Source: Strigamia acuminata
Lineage: Eukaryota
Length of the DNA: 64,000 bases
Direction: 5' to 3'
NCBI GenBank assembly: GCA_949358305.1
Contig: OX442314.1
Coordinates: 31,868,001-31,932,000 of the forward strand
Part shown: positions 59,060 to 64,000 of the stretch, piece by piece
How positions within the stretch are numbered: the first letter of the stretch is position 1
Layout: each line of letters begins with the position of its first letter
Made by a program: the position numbers and the translations under genes
Notes under the pieces: generated by a model
What the model was told of the DNA's origin: nothing
Databases searched by the model: none
The model's input: only the letters and a program-made list of their open reading frames with translations

Positions 59060-62000
59060 CCCTCCGAAATCGGAATCGGAAAATGAAGTTCTGAAATTAT
59101 TGGAAAAAGTTGAAATTATTCTGGATGAAGTAATTCTTCCAGAAGATGTAAAAAATAATAATTCCAATCTTCAGACAGAAGTCGATAGACCAAGCTCAGT
59201 TCCGGAAACACCTGGAATTGAGGAATGCATTAAGTTATTTGCAGCTACAACTCTTGAAACCAATGAGTTATTAGATGAGTTGCCATTGGAACCTCCAATT
59301 GCAATGCCTTCTAAATTGCGCAAGTTTGAGTGCAAAGTGGCTGGTATTCCCAACAGCCAAGATCTCCCAACGTTAAAATTAGAAACGTTGAAAGGAGTCA
59401 TAACTGGAATGTTAGACTCGGGAGCAAATAAGAGCTTCCTTGCGACTTCCGTTATCAATCAATTAGGTCTTGAAAAGTACATGCGACCTATCGGACCTGG
59501 AGTTCGAGTTACGACCGCAAGTGAAGAAGTCACTCCAGATGGGACGATCCATCTTTCATTTCGATGGACTCATGGCACATTACGTCATCCGTTCATTGTC
59601 ATACCAAACAAGTATCCAATGGTACTTTTGGGTTGTGATTTCATGAATAAATTAGGAATCCAACCTAATCCACAGACGATGTCGTGGAATTTCTTGCAAC
59701 CTGTGGATGCAAATTTATCCTACATTCCGCAAGCGTTGTTAGATCGATACATTGAGAAACTAGAGGAACCAGATTCCTCATTTGTGACTTTCGCAAAAGC
59801 TGATGCTGCAAGCGTAACTCAATCAAAAATTGATGAACAGAATTTCATCCAGAAGTTAGTGGAAGAAGCTAACTTAAATTTGGAGCAATCTAACTTATTA
59901 GAAAAAATGTTGATCAAACATAAAAAGATCATTTCTAAAGAACCAGGCAAAACTCACTTAGTTCAACACAAGATTGAGTTAGACACGGACAAACCCATCC
60001 GCGTCCCCTTCAAGAGCATAAACCCTCAAAAAAGGGAAATTATCAGACAGCTTTGTCAAGATAAGATTGACAAAGACATAGTCGTCAAAGCTGAAGGCGA
60101 TTATGGGATGCGGCCTGTCTTAGTCATGCGACCAGGCAATGACCCGCGTCTGTGTATCGATTTTCGACCAATCAATACACATACTAAGTACAACCCCCCT
60201 CAAATGCCAACTATTGAGGAAATCATGCGAGAAATCGGTGAATTCGAGTGGGTTAGTACGATAGATCTGACCAAGGGATATTGGCAGATAGAGCTTCGTG
60301 AAGAAGACAAAGTCAAAACGGCTTTTTGGAGTCCAATGGGAAGGCTTATGTTTAAAGTAATGCCTTTCGGACTTGTAAACGCGCCTACCACTTTCCAAGA
60401 GTTGATGGAAAAAGTTTTAGGTGACGTTTACCGTAAGTTCGCCTGGGCTTACCTGGACGATATAATCGTCGTGTCCAAATCGTTTGAAGAACACGTCAAA
60501 CATTTGGATATAGTTTTTGCCAAGCTGCAAGAAGCAAATTTGCATGCCCACCCTGGAAAAACTCATTTGTGTAGAAAGGAATTAATCTTCCTGGGATACA
60601 AAGTAGGAGTCAATGGACTCAGCGTTGACCCTAAAAAAGTCGCCGCCATCACTGAATTTCCCGCTCCTACAAATTTGAAGGAGCTACAGAGATTTCTAGG
60701 CATGGTAAATTTCTTCCATCGCCTAATCAAGAATTTGGCCACAGTGGCAGAACCACTACGGCCACTCTTGAAAAAGGATGCAGATTTCGAATGGGAATTG
60801 CACCATCAGGCAGCGTTCGATGCAATCAAAAACTTGCTTACGAACGCTGAAACAATGAAGATGCCGGATTTATATTCGCCCTTCATTGTTCACACTGATG
60901 CCAGCAGGCAAGGTTTGGGCGCAGCCCTCACACAAAAGAAGATTGTGGATGGCGAAGATATAGAGATGCCATGCGTGTATGCAAGCAGAAGCTTGCAGCC
61001 CGCTGAGAAGAATTATACTGTGACAGAATTAGAATGTCTCGCAGTAGTATGGGGATTACGCAAATTTCGCCCATACTTAGAGTACACAACATTTACTGTA
61101 CAAACGGATCACCAAGCCTTGAAATGGTTGATGTCGTTAGCCGACCCGTCTGGCAGATTAGCTCGTTGGCAAATGGAGCTGATGGCGTATTCATTCGAAA
61201 TTCAGTACGTGAAAGGGCCATTAAATGTTGTCGCCGAAGCATTATCTCGTGCACCAGTCAGTGCACCTGACGATCCAGAAGATGATGGCGATAACGATGA
61301 TTTATTATCGTATTGTCCATCTCCTTGTCGAAGTTGGCAAATGGGAAAACTGAACGAGTTGCCCAAATCGATCATAGTGAATGAAGAAGACAATAATATT
61401 GTCACTTTTTGCCACAAAATTCATGATCCATCAGGAACACCTGATATCGAGTTAAGAGCTATGATGGCTAAACAATTCGAGTTGCCAACAACTAATGTTT
61501 TAATCAAAGCATTTGCAGCCAAAATTGCTAAGCAATTGGACTGCGATCCTCCAACGAGGAACGACATTATAGAGGCCCAAAAACAAGATAAATTCTGCCA
61601 AATAATTCGTAATTTTATTGTAAATAAAATATACCCAGAGTATTTGTACAATGCACCAAACAAAAATCATTTCAAAAGAGTTGCTAGTACTTATCTGATT
61701 GAAGACGATATGTTACTTCATTATCATCCTACCTCTACAGATGAATTAGGAGAGGATGGTAGGGTGCTCAAAGTTGTAGTACCCAAAAAATTGATTTATA
61801 AAATCATTTGGTTGATGCACGGACATCCCTTATCTGGGCACCCAGGTATAGCACGAACTATGTACCAAACTCGAAGAGTGTACACGTGGAAAGGCATGAA
61901 ACGCGACATAACTCGCTTTATTCAGCATTGCCAAGGATGTCAAGCATGCAAGCCTAGATCGAAGACAGAAATGGAGGCTGCTCAAATGGGACCTTACGGA

Positions 62001-63206
62001 CCTTTTGACTGCCTCAGCGTTGACTTGTCTGGTCCAAAGCCGAGAACTAGAAAGAATAACACGCATATTTGTGTAATACTTGATATAGCTACACATTGGC
62101 CGGAATTATTTCCAATGTGTAATCCGACCGCAATTAAAATTGCTAATTGCATATATCACTTATCAATAACTTTTGGTTTTCCAAGACAAATTATAAGTGA
62201 TAATGGGCCACAATTTCGATCATTGGTCTATAAGGAATTTTGCAAAAAATTCGGAATGTCACCAAAAACGACATCAATATACCATCCACAGGCAAACCCT
62301 GTGGAAAGAACAAATAGGGATATTAAATACATGGTTTCAATTTATTTAGATATTCACGACCAATGGGATGAATATCTACGCGAATTCGCATTCAGTTTAA
62401 GAACGACTGTAACAAGAGGCAGAGATTATTCTCCTGCTTTCTTGAATTTTTTCCGCGAATTACGTATTCCGTGGGATCCAAGGATTCCCGACGGAATTTT
62501 GGTTATTGACCCAAAAAATCCGCACTTGTATGTGCAGAAATTAGAAGCAATTATCGCGGAGACGTATCAACATATGATGTCTCATATTTTGGATTTAAGG
62601 CGTCGAGTCGATGCCGAAAAATCAGACAAAAAATTCGATAATTTCAGACAAAACGATTTAGTCTGGAGAGAGTCACATATTCTCTCAAATGCCGCAAAAG
62701 GAATTTCTGCCGGTATTTCTCCAAAAAGAACAGGGCCATACGTAATTGTAAAAAGATTGCAAGGTGGCGCCTTTCAACTTCGTCGACTAGCTGATAATAA
62801 AAATTATCCAGCAGTCCACGGCACCGAATTACAGCCGTATTTTCCTAAGTTCAACCAAGAAATTTGGTTGGAAGGGGAAGAAGTAGGTCAAAAAACGAAA
62901 AACATCGTAAATACTTTGGATGACTCACAATTGTCCAAAATTCCTATTGACACGGAATCGAATTCGATTGGAATATCGAAACCAAAAAATGACGAAGTCG
63001 CCCAAATCGATAAACGACTTGAAAATGTTTCTCTCGATGAAAATCTAGAAAAAGAAATATTTTTAGAAGATGAAACTTCATCAAAAAATAAAGAAAACTC
63101 ATCTGACACTCAAAACGACTCAGATGACAATCTAAACAAACTGGATTGTTCTTCGAAGAAATCAAAGTACAATTTGCGACCCCGCGTTCCGCGAGTCGCG
63201 AAATAA
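59013..63206 (+). CDS. pol: Pol, copy 2
   Basis: LDSGA, YLDD, TDAS, HHCC/DDE, GPY; the RNase H ADALSR motif reads AEALSR. Confidence 0.93.
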   Translation, partial: KKLIDADPSGLVDPASPPKSESENEVLKLLEKVEIILDEVILPEDVKNNNSNLQTEVDRPSSVPETPGIEECIKLFAATTLETNELLDELPLEPPIAMPSKLRKFECKVAGIPNSQDLPTLKLETLKGVITGMLDSGANKSFLATSVINQLGLEKYMRPIGPGVRVTTASEEVTPDGTIHLSFRWTHGTLRHPFIVIPNKYPMVLLGCDFMNKLGIQPNPQTMSWNFLQPVDANLSYIPQALLDRYIEKLEEPDSSFVTFAKADAASVTQSKIDEQNFIQKLVEEANLNLEQSNLLEKMLIKHKKIISKEPGKTHLVQHKIELDTDKPIRVPFKSINPQKREIIRQLCQDKIDKDIVVKAEGDYGMRPVLVMRPGNDPRLCIDFRPINTHTKYNPPQMPTIEEIMREIGEFEWVSTIDLTKGYWQIELREEDKVKTAFWSPMGRLMFKVMPFGLVNAPTTFQELMEKVLGDVYRKFAWAYLDDIIVVSKSFEEHVKHLDIVFAKLQEANLHAHPGKTHLCRKELIFLGYKVGVNGLSVDPKKVAAITEFPAPTNLKELQRFLGMVNFFHRLIKNLATVAEPLRPLLKKDADFEWELHHQAAFDAIKNLLTNAETMKMPDLYSPFIVHTDASRQGLGAALTQKKIVDGEDIEMPCVYASRSLQPAEKNYTVTELECLAVVWGLRKFRPYLEYTTFTVQTDHQALKWLMSLADPSGRLARWQMELMAYSFEIQYVKGPLNVVAEALSRAPVSAPDDPEDDGDNDDLLSYCPSPCRSWQMGKLNELPKSIIVNEEDNNIVTFCHKIHDPSGTPDIELRAMMAKQFELPTTNVLIKAFAAKIAKQLDCDPPTRNDIIEAQKQDKFCQIIRNFIVNKIYPEYLYNAPNKNHFKRVASTYLIEDDMLLHYHPTSTDELGEDGRVLKVVVPKKLIYKIIWLMHGHPLSGHPGIARTMYQTRRVYTWKGMKRDITRFIQHCQGCQACKPRSKTEMEAAQMGPYGPFDCLSVDLSGPKPRTRKNNTHICVILDIATHWPELFPMCNPTAIKIANCIYHLSITFGFPRQIISDNGPQFRSLVYKEFCKKFGMSPKTTSIYHPQANPVERTNRDIKYMVSIYLDIHDQWDEYLREFAFSLRTTVTRGRDYSPAFLNFFRELRIPWDPRIPDGILVIDPKNPHLYVQKLEAIIAETYQHMMSHILDLRRRVDAEKSDKKFDNFRQNDLVWRESHILSNAAKGISAGISPKRTGPYVIVKRLQGGAFQLRRLADNKNYPAVHGTELQPYFPKFNQEIWLEGEEVGQKTKNIVNTLDDSQLSKIPIDTESNSIGISKPKNDEVAQIDKRLENVSLDENLEKEIFLEDETSSKNKENSSDTQNDSDDNLNKLDCSSKKSKYNLRPRVPRVAK

Positions 63207-63312
63207 CTTTTCTTTCACCTTTTGAAAGTTCCCAAAAGGTTCACGAGAGCAAACTCGTGACGTCATCAATAGTCCGCTATTCGATGACAAACGTCTATAA
63301 GTTGTTATAATT

Positions 63313-64000
63313 AATGACTTTCCGGGGTTTTTCCTGTCAAAAGCGCTCCGAGCTGCCGCCGCGCAGCTCCTAGTCGACGAAAATCGACAGCTGACTCGTC
63401 AACTCGAGGCAGATGAGAACGCGCGCTGCGCACTCCCTTTCTTCCGCGAGGACGAAATTCCGGCTCCGACGCCAATCTTTTCCGCGCCGCAAGACGAGGA
63501 TTTGAGGGTGGGACGACTCCCTCCCGCTGGATCAAGCACTGGACCACAGCGACGTGAATCCAGCCGCGACCGAGAGGAGCAACAGAGGCGATCGCGCCCC
63601 TACACCACGGACGCGCCACCGAATCGTCCACCGTCGCGAAGAGGCCGAACTCCGGAGTCTTTATTCTCCTCGTCCTCCCAGAGCGTGGAATCCGACACGA
63701 CCGTCAAATCCGCACGCAGTGGCAGAACGGCGTCCACTTACAGAGTGGACAACCCCGCCATTCCATACGCAATGCGTCGTGTTGTCGGGGATATCTCCCC
63801 CGACTTTAGCGTGCCTGTGCCAGGACACGCTAGCCGCTTGCCGGAGCATGGATATGTTGCCCGCTTGCCTGCCGGAGTTAGTAACTTACAGCTCCGGCCG
63901 TTTTTCAACGAGTCTTTCGGACCCCAGTGGACCTGCTACGAGCAGCAACCCATTAGAGCGCAGCAAGAAGTGCTCAAGAAGCTGGACGCCTACCAAAGCG
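63313..64000 (+). pseudogene. 5'-deleted ORF3 of copy 2 (frame open to the window end)
   Basis: Translates NDFPGFFLSKALRAAAAQL...MRRVVGDISPDFSVPVPGHASRLPEHGYVARLPAGVSNLQLRPFFNESFGPQWTCYEQQPIRAQQEVLKKLDAYQS, matching copy 1 ORF3. Fused directly to the post-pol spacer. Confidence 0.85.

Larger units (their letters stand above)
54976..64000 (+). mobile_element. Second, diverged member of the same Ty3/gypsy LTR family (copy 2), truncated by the window edge
   Basis: 5' LTR, PBS, gag, pol and a partially deleted ORF3, all homologous to copy 1. Confidence 0.95.

Overview
AT-rich eukaryotic (invertebrate, most likely arthropod) genomic DNA with short GT-AG introns. Left to right it holds: an intronless, C-terminally truncated cullin-5 paralogue; a decayed MULE/SWIM transposon; a BTB-BACK(-kelch-like) gene plus a fragment of a second copy; an atonal/amos-family bHLH gene inside a long non-coding, probably regulatory, landscape; a complete, very young 12.3-kb Ty3/gypsy-type LTR retrotransposon (minus strand); a tandem segmental duplication carrying two six-exon, compact DEG/ENaC (pickpocket-like) genes, with a TTAA-flanked MITE between the copies and a CR1-like LINE inside the second; and a second, diverged copy of the LTR family running off the right edge. 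The most notable structure is in the LTR family. Besides a ~1000-aa Gag, a -1 frameshift signal (A_AAA_AAC plus hairpin) and a tRNA-Pro PBS, it carries a non-Env third gene in the env position. This gene can be assembled as three in-frame exons with two spliceosomal introns (819 aa), has promoter-like motif clusters of its own, and is conserved at protein level in the second copy. All homology calls come from motif recognition by eye; no database search was run.
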